A DNA stretch of 63,971 nt from Negaprion brevirostris (taxonomy: Eukaryota). The DNA is taken from contig JARDVH010000124.1 of assembly GCA_030324005.1 (NCBI GenBank), positions 33,397,173 to 33,461,143 of the forward strand, given 5' to 3'. Positions 25,086 to 36,174 of the stretch are shown here, piece after piece. Each line of letters starts with the position of its first letter. Position 1 is the stretch's first letter. Both the position numbers and the translations under genes were made by a program. Under the pieces are notes generated by a model. That model saw nothing but the letters and a program-made list of their open reading frames with translations. It made no database searches and was not told the DNA's origin.

Positions 25086-26261
25086 GTGTTCTTCAAGATG
25101 AGTAAACCTCCTAGGGCAGCGGTTTACTGGATGAGCATATTCAATTCTTTTGGAGTCCAGACGTATTGGAAATGTACAAGAAAATGCTTCCAGAGGGCAG
25201 CATGTCAGAATCCATGAGGAAAGGCATCATCACCCTCATTTACAAGCAGACTAGTGACCTACTTTATTGCTTAATATGGACTAAACATTCTGCCTAAGAT
25301 CGCCACTCAGGTCAAGTTGGACTTGTTGATCCACTCTGTACTCCAACCAGCAGAAAGATCTCTGATAGCCTTGTGCTACACAGGGATACACTTGCCTTAG
25401 TACAAGATAGGAGGCCACAGTCATCAGCCTGGATGAGGAGAAGGTCCTTGGACAGAATATTTAATTGCTATGTGAATGATGTGCTCTCCAAAATGGGTTT
25501 GGAGGATGGAATTTGCAATTGGAACCAACACAAACTTCAGTAGAATAATTTCAATCAATGCATGGGAACTGGAGAGCTTTGCAAGCAAATCTGGAATCAG
25601 AAAAGGCTCTCACCTCTCCTCTGCCTTGTTCATGCGTTGCTTCAGACCTTTTGCTGAGTCCACTGGGAAAGATGCGGGTATAATGAAAGTGGTGACCCCA
25701 GGCAACAGAAGTCTTCAAATCAGAGCCTCCCTGTACAGGCCCAACTTCACCATCTTCTGCTTGGTCATGATGCCCAGCCTGCAAACTCATGAACATGTGC
25801 AATCAGTTCACACTGGCCTCTGGAGCAAAAATTGCAGTAATAACAAGGCCAAGTTCTTTAGGAACTGACCCAATCGATCCTCTGCCTCTTTTGCCATCAG
25901 GTAAGACTATCTCTGGGGATATACTTCTGAGGGATGGAGGGTGTACCAGAAACCAAAGGAGCGCATAGATAGCCAAGATTAACCCAAAATTGGACCTGTA
26001 AGAGTGACACCCCTGCTGCGTTGTAGATAGCAACTTGATCAGCAAGTGTGAAGTGCTCAGGGTGACCAGGCCATATCCAGCTCCTGTTCTGCGTGGTCAG
26101 CTAAGCCACATCCCTCTGTATATGGAGATTGAAAATTGACCACATCCACAAGTTTCCAGATGAAGTGGAGAAAACCTTTGCCAATGCCGCCCTCATCCTC
26201 AGGCCGTTATTAGTGTGTGGCACATCAAACTATGCGTAAACACTCAGTACACAAACACCAG

Positions 26262-26967
26262 GAGCTAGATTTTCCACTTGGGGCCTGTACTCAATGCTGA
26301 TCTAAAATGCAGGTCCTCAATCTGAACCAAGACCAAAATCATCACTTGAACCTATTTTCCAAGGAAAGGCTAATTAATGGGTATCAGGTATATTCAGCAC
26401 CCAGTTAAAGACAATGCATGGGCTTGCAATGCTGGACAGCCCATAAGATGCCCTCCAACATCCAGAGACAGCATGCCATTACAGGGAAGGGAGAGAGAAA
26501 GGAAGGAGGCACCCTCTCACCACTTTTAAGATTTATAGAAGTAAAAATGGTGATGGCTGCCAAACAGCCCTTGATGTGTTCCTCACCACAAGGTGGTCAG
26601 TGGTTGTAGCAATCATCACTTCTCACTATCAGCAACAGGGGGATGGGGTGTGGGGCTATTTAAAAGCCATTCAGAACGCTGATCCTCCAAACCTGTCACC
26701 AGGAGGCTGCATCTTTCTCTGGCCACTGCAGAATGCCTGCCTGCTGACTGGAAACTTGCTGTTGATGCTGGACAGGGGCCATTCATTGGCTGAACAAGTT
26801 CCTCACCTCTGGCGGACAGGTAGCCATTCTGGGCCTGGCCCAGCTTCCTGGAAAATGGCTAGATCTCTAGACCGTGCCAGGAACCTGACCCACTAGTTGA
26901 CAGCAGGAAATTCTGGTTCAGCTTGCTTCCATTTTCATCCTCGTTTCACCCCAAAAATCCTCGCCCA
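26262..26967. mobile_element. MITE-like insertion
   Basis: Ends GAGCTAGATTTTCC and AAAAATCCTCGCCC are loosely inverted; the host LINE resumes afterwards. Confidence 0.5.
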
Positions 26968-27021
26968 GTTGTCACTACATGCTAAGGTTCCAACTGCCCC
27001 TCTCCCCATTATTGCGAAGGA

Positions 27022-27530
27022 TTTTTTTAAAAAATTCATTCATGGGACATGGGCATTGCTGGCTGGCCAGCATTTATTGTTCATTCCTAGTTGCCCTTGA
27101 AGGTGCTGGTGAGCTGCCTTTTTGAATCGCTGCAGTCCACGTTCTGTAGGTTGACCCACAATGTCATTAGGGTGGGAATTCCAGGATTCTCACCCAGCGA
27201 CTGCGAAGGAACAGCAATATATTTCCAAGTCAGGATGATGAGTGGCTTAGAGGGGAACTTGCAGGTGGTGGTGTTCCCATTCATCTGCTGCCCCTGTCCT
27301 TCTAGATGGAAGTGGTTGTGGGTTTGGAAGGTGCTGTCTAAGGATCTTTGATGAATTCTGCAGTGCGTCTTTTGGATAGCACACACTGCTGCTATTGAGC
27401 ATTGGCGGTGCCAATCAAGCGGGCTGCTTTGTCCTGAATGGTGTCAAGCTTCTTGAGTGGTGTTGGAGCTGCACCCATCTAGGCAAGTGGATGGGTTCAG
27501 CTCCTAACAACACTCAAGAAGCTTGTCTTG
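27022..27530 (-). mobile_element. CR1-group LINE 3' end
   Basis: Reverse complement of the 12590-12920 family; peptide TTTCKFPSKPLIILTWKYIAVPS. Confidence 0.8.
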
Positions 27531-28864
27531 CCATGTGGCTGCTGAAAACTACAGTCAGTTAGACCATGCTGTCCCATCTGCACTTTGGAAAGGTTTGTGT
27601 AGAAAAACCCTTTGACCACAAACCAGTGGTCCAAATGTAACTTCCTCAAGAGCCCACCTGCCTTTTCAAAAGATGGTCTGGAAAGAGAAAATGTGGATTT
27701 TATCAAGGTTCATTCCAAGGAGCTCCATAACGTAGGGCTTTGTGTCCTACAAGCCGTTCCCAGAAAACCATCAGCTGCTGCTGGCTAACCATCAACATGT
27801 TAAACAATGCTCTTAAGGTTCTCCAAAACCTGCTGGTCTTCAAGTGCAGAGAACTCTCATTCACCAAGATTTCATTTCCAAAGTTCAGGCTATGGGCTGA
27901 GGGACACACTAAAGCTTTGGGCAGGTGAGGGTGCAAGAGCTCACTGGGGAAAGTCTACAGTCTAAGACCCTCCTGCCATTGAATACCCTGGGGCTTGAAA
28001 CAAGGGTTAACAACCCTTAGACTGTATTCATCAGATAATGTTTGACGTGAAATGTACATTGATATTGCAAATATACCTGCAAGTGTACAAGGAACAACAC
28101 AGCACGGGAAACAGGCCCTTCGGCCCAACAAGCCCGCGCTGCCGTGAAGTAAGAAACATCAGAGCTTTGCGTACTGCATTGAAAGAAATTGCACTATGTT
28201 GCACATAATGTAATTCCAAATTTGAGCTATTACGTACTTTTATAAATTGTGTGAATAAAGTATATTTTTTGAATAAAAATACTCAACTAAAAATTACCGG
28301 TTTCTGCTGTGATATTCAAAACACTAAACTCTTATTCAATCATCAACTGTACATTGCAAAAATCTTTTTGCATTTGTGTTTCACAAAGTGCTTGTAACAG
28401 TCAGAAAGGAGAAACTCTAGTTACTTTATTCCCTTCAGAGGCTAACTGTGGTATTCCCATGGTTTTCCTGGTGCAAGAATCCTGAGAACACGTGAAAGAG
28501 TGGTCCATCCTTCCATAGCGGATTCTTCTGTCAGAATAGTGCAGTGGAAACAGGAGTGTTCTTATATAAACCTCACCAATGCAAAAAGGGGCGAACAAGT
28601 AAAAGTTAGCAGTTTCTAGCTACTTTAACAAAGGGGCAAATAATGGTTTTAATAGTTTGTAACCACTTTTATAAATACTGAAAAGAGGGACAAAGTACTG
28701 AATGTGTAAAGATGATCCCAGTGAGAAATAAGTGAGTAAAATAGTTCTAAGGTGGAAGGCAAAGCACAACAGAATGTAATTGAAGAAATCAAGTAGGGAA
28801 AGCTATTGGGCTTTGCTCCTTCTGCTGCAACCTACTCCACATTAGGTTGAATAAATGCTTTATT

Positions 28865-28980
28865 GAGCTTGATCCTGGCCTATCACTTCAATTTCACTCC
28901 CCATTCTCACTCTCACTTTACCATCTTTGGCATCCCACATTGTTCTAACAAACCTCAAAGTAAACTCATGGAATAGTCGA
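28865..28980 (+). mobile_element. Penelope GIY-YIG endonuclease-region remnant
   Basis: Reads AYHFNFTPHSHSHFTIFGIPHCSNKPQSKLME*, resembling the HF...H...RKLEE C-terminal pattern of Penelope ORFs. Confidence 0.5.
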
Positions 28981-29254
28981 ATGATTCTGTCATTCCCACG
29001 CTCAAGAGGGAGTCAGAGTAAGTCTACAGCATTGTAGCTCTGATACCACAAGCAATACTCCAGGTGAGTACAGCTTCCCACTCTGAGCACAGAGGCACGC
29101 TTCATGTCTCACCTGTTAGTCAGTATTTGATCGTGTGATCTGCGTATTGACATCAGGTCTTCTGATCTTAGATTTTCCATTCCAAGGTTGATTTTGCGTG
29201 GTTGCTAACATTCCTCCATTGGGTGCATTGGTTGTGAATTCAGCCAGCACTCCC

Positions 29255-29485
29255 AAGACTTCAGCACGGGCACAAGACCAGTATTCCAGTGCACTATTAA
29301 AAAAAGTGATGTCCTTTGGATGACAAGGTAATCCACTCTTTCAGTAGTTCATGGACATGTTATTCAAGGAAAAGCAGGGAGGTCTGAAGTCCTGGCCAAG
29401 ATTCCTGTCTCAGCCAATAGCACCAGAATGATTCACTGCTCATTTATTGGATTTTTCTTGTGGGACATTATTGCGTGCAAATGGC
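29255..29485 (+). mobile_element. Strongly diverged Deu-SINE fragment
   Basis: AAAGCAGGGAG...GTCCTGGCCAAGATT...TGTGGGACATTATTGCGTGCAAATGGCAGCC. Confidence 0.5.
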
Positions 29486-29699
29486 AGCCAAGTTACAGAG
29501 AATGCAGCACAGCACAACATTATTGCACATTTGGTCCTATTGGTCAATGCCAGTATTTAAACAGTACACAAGTTTCCTCCCTGTCTAATAATCTGTTCCC
29601 AGTCTGTGTAATTTCAGTTTAAAGTAATCCATTATGTATAGAACGCTTTGAGATATGTTTTTGAGTTATGAGGAAAAAACTTGTAAATATGAGCATTTC

Positions 29700-30100
29700 T
29701 TGTTTTTCAGACTAGAACACAAAAAGTATAGGCTGACACACCATGTGCATGACTGAGTGACTGCTGCACTGTCAAAGGTGTTGTTTTTCAAATAAAACCT
29801 TAAAACCAAGGCCCCATCTGTATTTTTGGATAGATGTAAAAGATTCCATGGCACCATTTTGAGAATGAATGAAGAGTTATCCCAAGTCTCCTGGCTCAAT
29901 GTTTATCCCTTAATCAACATCATTAAAACAGATTATCTAGTCAATACTGTATCACATTGTTTGTGTGAGCTTACTGTGCACAAATTGTGTTTCCTACAGC
30001 GTAACAGTAACTACACTTCAAAATGTACTTCATTTGCTGTAAGGCACTTTGGGACATCCTGGGATTTCTAAAGGCACTATATGCCAATCATTTTTTTTCT
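29700..30100 (+). mobile_element. Deu-domain SINE (SacSINE1/AmnSINE1-like)
   Basis: GATGTAAAAGATTCCATGGCAC...TTTATCCCTTAATCAACATCATTAAAACAGATTATCT...TTGCTGTAAGGCACTTTGGGACATCCTG. Confidence 0.75.
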
Positions 30101-30157
30101 TTTATCCTGATTCTTTCTTAATATCCCTTCTGCCTCAATGGTTTTCATAATTCAGCG

Positions 30158-30412
30158 AGGCAGCACAGTGGTCAGCACTGTTGCCTCACAGCACCAGGGA
30201 CCCGAGTTTAATTCCGGTCTTGGGTGACTGTCTATGTGGAGTTTGCATGTTCTTCCCATGTCTGTGTGGGTTTCCTCCCACATTCTGAAAGACTTGCTCG
30301 TTCGGTGCATTGGCCCGAACAGGCGCCAGAGTGTGGCAACTCGGGGGATTTCACAGTAACTTCATTGCAGTGTTAATGGAAGCTTTACTTGTGACTAATA
30401 AATAAAATAAAC
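30158..30412 (+). mobile_element. V-SINE type B
   Basis: tRNA head, V-domain and tail CCCGAACAGGCGCC...TTCACAGTAAC...TACTTGTGACTAATAAATAAA. Confidence 0.85.
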
Positions 30413-31419
30413 TCTTCTCCTCACATTTTCTATTTGTAATACCACTCAGCAGTCCGACTGGGAGAGCCTTTGCATGGCACCCAACAGTTATTTTTATCTC
30501 AAACATTTTAAATGCAGTTGGAGACTTTATAAAAGTAGTTAGCATGTCAGTAGTCTTGACCTTGACCTTCAATCTTCCCTTTGGTCAGCTGTAAAATGAA
30601 CCTGTGCTCCATCATTTCTGGCAAAGGGTCTTAACACAGAATATTAACCTGTCTTTCCACTTTCAAATGTCAATATACCTGTATATTCCTCGTACTTCGT
30701 AATTGACCATTTTTAATTGCTCTGATTGGCAAAGACTTTACTTGGAGTAGTATATCGACTTCATCCCATGTTTGCTGAAGGCCTCATTAGTCACAGTTGG
30801 TCGCATTTTAAATTCTATTAAATTAGTTAAAGGGTGAAGTGTAAAGCTGCCTTATGATGGTACAAAGTGGCCATCGTTACACCGTAGAGTGTTATAATTT
30901 TTTTTAAATCTGTGGAATCTGGGATCCTTTATAAAAAGGCGAGTAAGTATATAGAGAATAAAAAATGAGTGAGATTATGAAAAATGCATGAGATTATGAA
31001 TGTGGCACTTCTTCGATTAAAGCAAAGACTGGGTATGTTGCAAAGCAGTTGCATATCAAGGAGTCGAGATGAAGTTTCACACCATAAGAGCGAAATTTGA
31101 AACTCAGTCCTGCTTTTTCCTTTCTGAAGCTGGGGATTGTGGGGGAGGGGTAATTCTTTTTATCAATAGCAGATGTCTTGACAAACAGCAAAAGATGTCA
31201 TGTTCCAGTGATCCAGGCATTTAGTTTGAACTCCTATACTGTAGTGTCACATGACTTGAATGGCATAATTTATTGTATGCTACAATGGAATGTTAAGTAT
31301 TTCTTCTCTCTCTGTTTATATGTTGTTCTTCACTTCTGATGTTTTGATTATGTCACAAATGAAAAGAGCAAAAACTGAGCCACCTAACACTATCAGAACC
31401 CAATATTCTAGTCCCGAGG

Positions 31420-31690
31420 TCTGGGAGTCCAGTACTGCCTAGGTGGCAACAGGCACGTGGGAGTATTATCACCTCAAGTTCCCCTCCCAGTCATACACTA
31501 TCCTGACTTGGAGATGTTATCACTGATTCTTCATCATTGCTGGGTCAACAACTAATAGCAGCACTGTGTTGTCACCATGTGACTGCAGTATTTCAAGAAT
31601 GCAGCTTATTGCCACCTTCGTGAGGGTAATTAGGGATGTGGGCAATAAATGCTGGGCTTGCTGGCATCATGTAAGCAAAAAAAAACAAAA
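31420..31690 (+). mobile_element. CR1-group LINE 3' end, old copy
   Basis: Same tail as 12590-12920 (TAGGGATG...GGCAATAAATGCTGG). Confidence 0.7.
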
Positions 31691-32519
31691 AAATATTGTA
31701 AACTATCATTGATTGTAAAGATCTATTTGAAATATCAGCTATATAATCATTATAAATATCTGCACAACTGATGGTGCCAAATAGCTCATGAATGAGCACC
31801 ATAACTTGGTTATGATCGAGTGTGGTGTTTTTGATGCATGTGTTCCACAAATGTCCCATACACACCAATGTTCCTGTCTTTGATATATAGGTCTATAAAT
31901 AGCGGCACAGTAGCTGGGTGGTTGGGCAGGATGGTCAGATTGGGAGGGTGTGGGGGTCAAAGCAATAGTTGAATGGTCATGCTAGTTGTCAGGGTGTAGC
32001 AAGGGGAGTTGGTGGTTCAGTGTATATGACTGGAGGTGGTCAGTACTGGAGTTAGTCAGGAGTCAGAGCAGGTTTTTGCTGAATAACATTTCCTGGGTAA
32101 CTATTTAATAAGTACATTGGAACTATCTGAAGTCATTGATTCTTGTTCGGAATCGGAGATGTTCGTGGAGAGTTCAAGGAAACTGGGAAATTGTCATCAG
32201 AACTTTAAACTTTCCAGGCAATTCCCATGAAGGTCAGCATGTCAAGGCTTCCTCAAGGTCCTAACCTGCATCTTGGGCCAATGATTNNNNNNNNNNNNNN
32301 NNNNNNNNNNNNNNNNNNNNNNNNNNNNNNNNNNNNNNNNNNNNNNNNNNNNNNNNNNNNNNNNNNNNNNNNNNNNNNNNNNNNNNGTCTATGTCAACAG
32401 ATTAAATATAGTAGCTTCTATCTCGATTCTACATGGAGCCAATAGGAAAAACATTTTGGCCCAGATATTTGTTTGTATATTACCAGTATTCGGATGTTAA
32501 ATCACCACCTCAGCTTCTA

Positions 32520-32750
32520 ATAATTTTCTTCATGTTGGGTTGTGAACCTTTGGAGTGTTCTGCCCCAGATGGTTGTGAATGTCCCATCTTTGAACATATT
32601 TAAGGCTCTGATGGATAGATTTTTTTGGTGCCTCGGAGAATCAAGGGATATGGGAGCAGGTAGGAAAGTGGAGTTAAGACAGCCATAATCATACTAAATG
32701 GCAGGGCAGGCTCGACAGACCATAGTTCCTATTTCTTTTGTTCTTATCCT
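32520..32750 (+). mobile_element. CR1 3' end just upstream of the MGMT exon
   Basis: GTTGTGAACCTTTGGA...ATATTTAAGGCT...GGAATCAAGGG-like...TTCCTATTTCTTTTGTTCTTAT. Confidence 0.7.
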
Positions 32751-32814
32751 AGTGCATGAGCAGTAAGGAATTGTTATAAACTACCTGAACAATATTCTGT
32801 ATTCTATTCATCAG

Positions 32815-32954
32815 AAACCTTCACCTGCAACGTACTGATGACCCTAATGAATGATGTGAAATTTGGAGAAATGGTCTCTTACAAGGAGCTCGCAGCAATG
32901 GCAGGCAATTCAAAAGCAATGAGGGCTGTGGGAGGAGCCATGAGAGCTAACCCT
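32815..32954 (+). CDS. MGMT: MGMT penultimate coding exon (helix-turn-helix DNA-binding region), 140 nt
   Basis: Acceptor ttcatcag| and donor |gtaagt. Phase-1 start translates (E)[46 protein letters not shown], colinear with human MGMT [47 protein letters not shown]. Ends in phase 0, matching the next exon. Confidence 0.97.
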
Positions 32955-33384
32955 GTAAGTTTACATCAGTAACTGACATAATAAAAAAACCGTGATAGTA
33001 ATAATTGTGTTATCGTGTGTTGTACCAGATCACCTTGCTTACTGAAGTGGTGCTGTTATAGTTCAGATAACTGACGTGGTGTGTTTAGTCATTTTTATTG
33101 AAATATTTGTCACATAGATCCACAGACTGTGTTCGAATGTGTGGAAGGGAGCCTACCCAGTTCGGGAAATTGTGGATACAGCCTGCACCATTTTCTGTTC
33201 ATTATTATTAATGATAGAGATTCGTCAGGGAGCTTGCTCATGACGTGTGCTTCAGACTGGAGAGACTCTGTTTTGGCAGCTCACTTGTGCAAAACGTAAC
33301 TTTGCCATCTGCTAACGTCTAAGCGATGGTTGGAAAATGGAGAAAGTTACATTTCAAATTAATCTTTCTGGAGGCATATTTATG

Positions 33385-33655
33385 TTCAATTCAAGCCTTG
33401 GATGACCGTCTGTGCGGAGTTTGTACATTCTCCCTGTGTCTGCATGGGTTTCCTCCGGGTGCTCTGATTTTCTCCCATGTTTGAAAGCTGTGTGGGTTAG
33501 GTTGAATGGCCAGGCTAAAATTGCCCTCTAGTGTCAGTGGGATTAGCAGGGTAAATATGTGAGGTTATGGGGATAGGGCCTAGGTGGAATTGTTGTTGGT
33601 AAAAATTCGATGGGCCGAATGGCCTCTTTTTGTGCTGTGCGGATTTTTCTATTCG
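33385..33655 (+). mobile_element. V-SINE type A, 5'-truncated
   Basis: V-domain plus tail GATGGGCCGAATGGCCTC. Confidence 0.8.
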
Positions 33656-33706
33656 ATGTTATATAGCTGGTGAAAATGTCGTTATGAATTCCTTCAGTGA
33701 CCCAGG

Positions 33707-33915
33707 TCATGAATAGAATTCTCACAACACCAGGTTGAAGTCCAACAGGTTTATTTGGTATCATGAGCTTTTGGAGCACTGCTCCTTCACCTGATGAAGT
33801 GCTCCAAAAGCTTGTGATAACAAATAAACCTGTTGGACTTTAACCTGGTGTTGTGAGACTTCTTACTGTGCCCATCCCAGTCCAATGCCGGTATTTCCAC
33901 ATCATGAATAGAATT
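33707..33915 (+). mobile_element. Penelope-derived inverted pLTR element with target-site duplication
   Basis: 60-bp inverted arms at 33721-33780 and 33798-33857 (4 mismatches), CTGATGA in the loop, flanked by direct repeat TCATGAATAGAATT at 33707-33720 and 33902-33915. Confidence 0.8.
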
Positions 33916-36174
33916 TGTAATTGGCTCATGACAAACTGGAAGGGTTCAATTCTGTATCTCTGCTATATTGATTAGCTCAGGCAGACTGACATTTGTTATA
34001 AGTGCCTCCCTATCCCTGGACAAAGGAGAATGAAAAATCAACCAAGAGATTGTGCTCTTTCTCACTTATTTTCTGGTTCCTGCTGCACATGCCCATGCAA
34101 AGAATCTAACGTGCCCACGTGCACGTACGAATCACACTCAAAGGATAGCTGGTTTCAACTATATCCTTGCAGAAGCCAAGGTCTTCAGGAGAGAGAGAGG
34201 AGAAAATAAGGGAGAAATTTGTCATTAAAAAAAAAGTACAAACCGACAAACTGTGTTTTCCATGAGGAGAATTTGTACTTACATTACAGGCTTGAAGCTC
34301 AATGGCAAAACTATCCCGTTTCCTTCCTCCAATCCACACACAGGCACACACTGCTGCTCTTTGTCCATTTAGATCTCCTAATGCTATATCCCACTGGGAG
34401 AAGATAATTGCCTGCCTCTGTTATCTTGTTTATTTTCAAATGAGCTTGACATCTAACTTTTAAACTAACCTTATGCTAACTCTCAAATTCTAGATTCATG
34501 CAAATACACTCAAACATGTGTAGCAAAGAAACAAATGGCCATCAGCTATTGGTCCACAATAGCCAGCACACCTGCACACACACATTTCACCTCTCTCTCT
34601 GCACTGTGCAGGCAGTAAGTTTTTTTTATCTCACTTTAAATATTTTTACTCAGTTCCTGCACAGCAGACAAGGGAAGATTGGAGGAAAATCGGTGTGGAG
34701 CATGTGTGAGTAGCTGAGGTCAGCAGCAGTAATATTTGTTCCCCAACCTAGCTGCTCATGAAACTGCCATAATACAGCCTCAGATTTAGCTAATGTTTGT
34801 GGCTGTGCTAGCTAACACATTGGATGGGAAACTGCTCTTTAATCATAGTCATTGGTACTCTTTAATCAGATGACACAAAGTGAACTCCTGTAAGGTAGGA
34901 TTGGTCCTGGCACTTTTTAGCTCAACGTCCTGCTTCCCTCTCCCCTTCCCCCAGTACAGTCCTGTATAATCACACAGTGCTCTATTCAAAGACCCAACTG
35001 AGAATTTGCAAAGGTTTCTTGTGAGTGAAGGGAAATTTGAACGAATATCAAATCACATCTTCAATCCACCGGCACTGTGGTTAGCTTGCAGAGGCTTAAC
35101 AATGAGACTTACTCGGCCACCATCATATTAAGTTCTTTAAACTAAAAATGATTGAGACTGTCTTTATTTGTTCTATTTTGTATCACATAATGTTTCTGTA
35201 CTCGAGTCACTCATCATGCTTTTTTACTATTGTATTACACAGGAAACAAACCATTTTCTATTTAAAATGTTCTCTAAATTGACTAACACTACAGTCAAAT
35301 ACGACATAACTTCGACCATATTTAATTAGGTATTTTAAGATAGAGTACACATAACTAGAGTACGTTAATATTATATATGTAACTGTCTTCTGCAATGAAT
35401 ATCCTGAGCACTGTACCAGTGAAGTCTTTGAAGAAAACTACCCAGCATCTGAATAGAGAAAAAGCAGATGTATGTTAGGGATCTTTCCTCAGATCATCAG
35501 CTACGTCTACGTCCAACATTTCCTGCTTTTTTTTTCTCATTTCCAGCATTCACAATCTTTTTTGTCGAAAAATGGAAATTTCAAGGCAGAAGGCACCATT
35601 TGGCCAGAATACTTGTTCTGGTGCTATGGTCCCCACAGGAGCTATATGTGCTAATCCCATTTCCCTGCTTCTTCCTAAGTAGCCTTTAATATTTTCATCT
35701 TCAAGTTTAATTCTCTCTAAAAATGGTGTTAATCACAACATTCATTAGCTACTTACGATAAAATGTTACATTTAAAATTTGTACACATTGTGCCCAATTT
35801 TTCAGGCGTAAAATGGGAGCAAAGCATCGTCTTGGCAGTGGGACATCCTGCGTCTGGTCTGCATATGCGTTGCAACTGCTATCCNNNNNNNNNNNNNNNN
35901 NNNNNNNNNNNNNNNNNNNNNNNNNNNNNNNNNNNNNNNNNNNNNNNNNNNNNNNNNNNNNNNNNNNNNNNNNNNNNNNNNNNNTGCAACTGCTATCCAA
36001 TTTATGTGGCCTATTTGTTAAGTATTCAGCACGCACACCCAAAATAGACATTAACCCCAACAAATATGTAGAACAATGAACTGGCATGTGTTAAAAAAAA
36101 ATTCAGGATCCCTCCATGGTCTCCACAGCCACCAACCAAAGGTAAGTTTTTAATAGTTTAACAAAATGAGGATA

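Larger units (their letters stand above)
25100..28280 (+). mobile_element. Decayed Tx1/L1-group LINE with nested insertions
   Basis: GSMSESMRKGIITLIYKQ at ~25196 and SLDEEK (LDQEKAFD-like) at ~25426; ends AATAAAGTATATTTTTT. Interrupted at ~26262-26965, 27022-27530 and ~28085-28145. Confidence 0.7.

Noticed and set aside
35871-35998. TGCAACTGCTATCC repeated on both sides of a 100-N gap (similarly GTAATTTG at 20166-20281)
   Set aside because: Most likely overlapping contig ends around placeholder gaps, not a real duplication.
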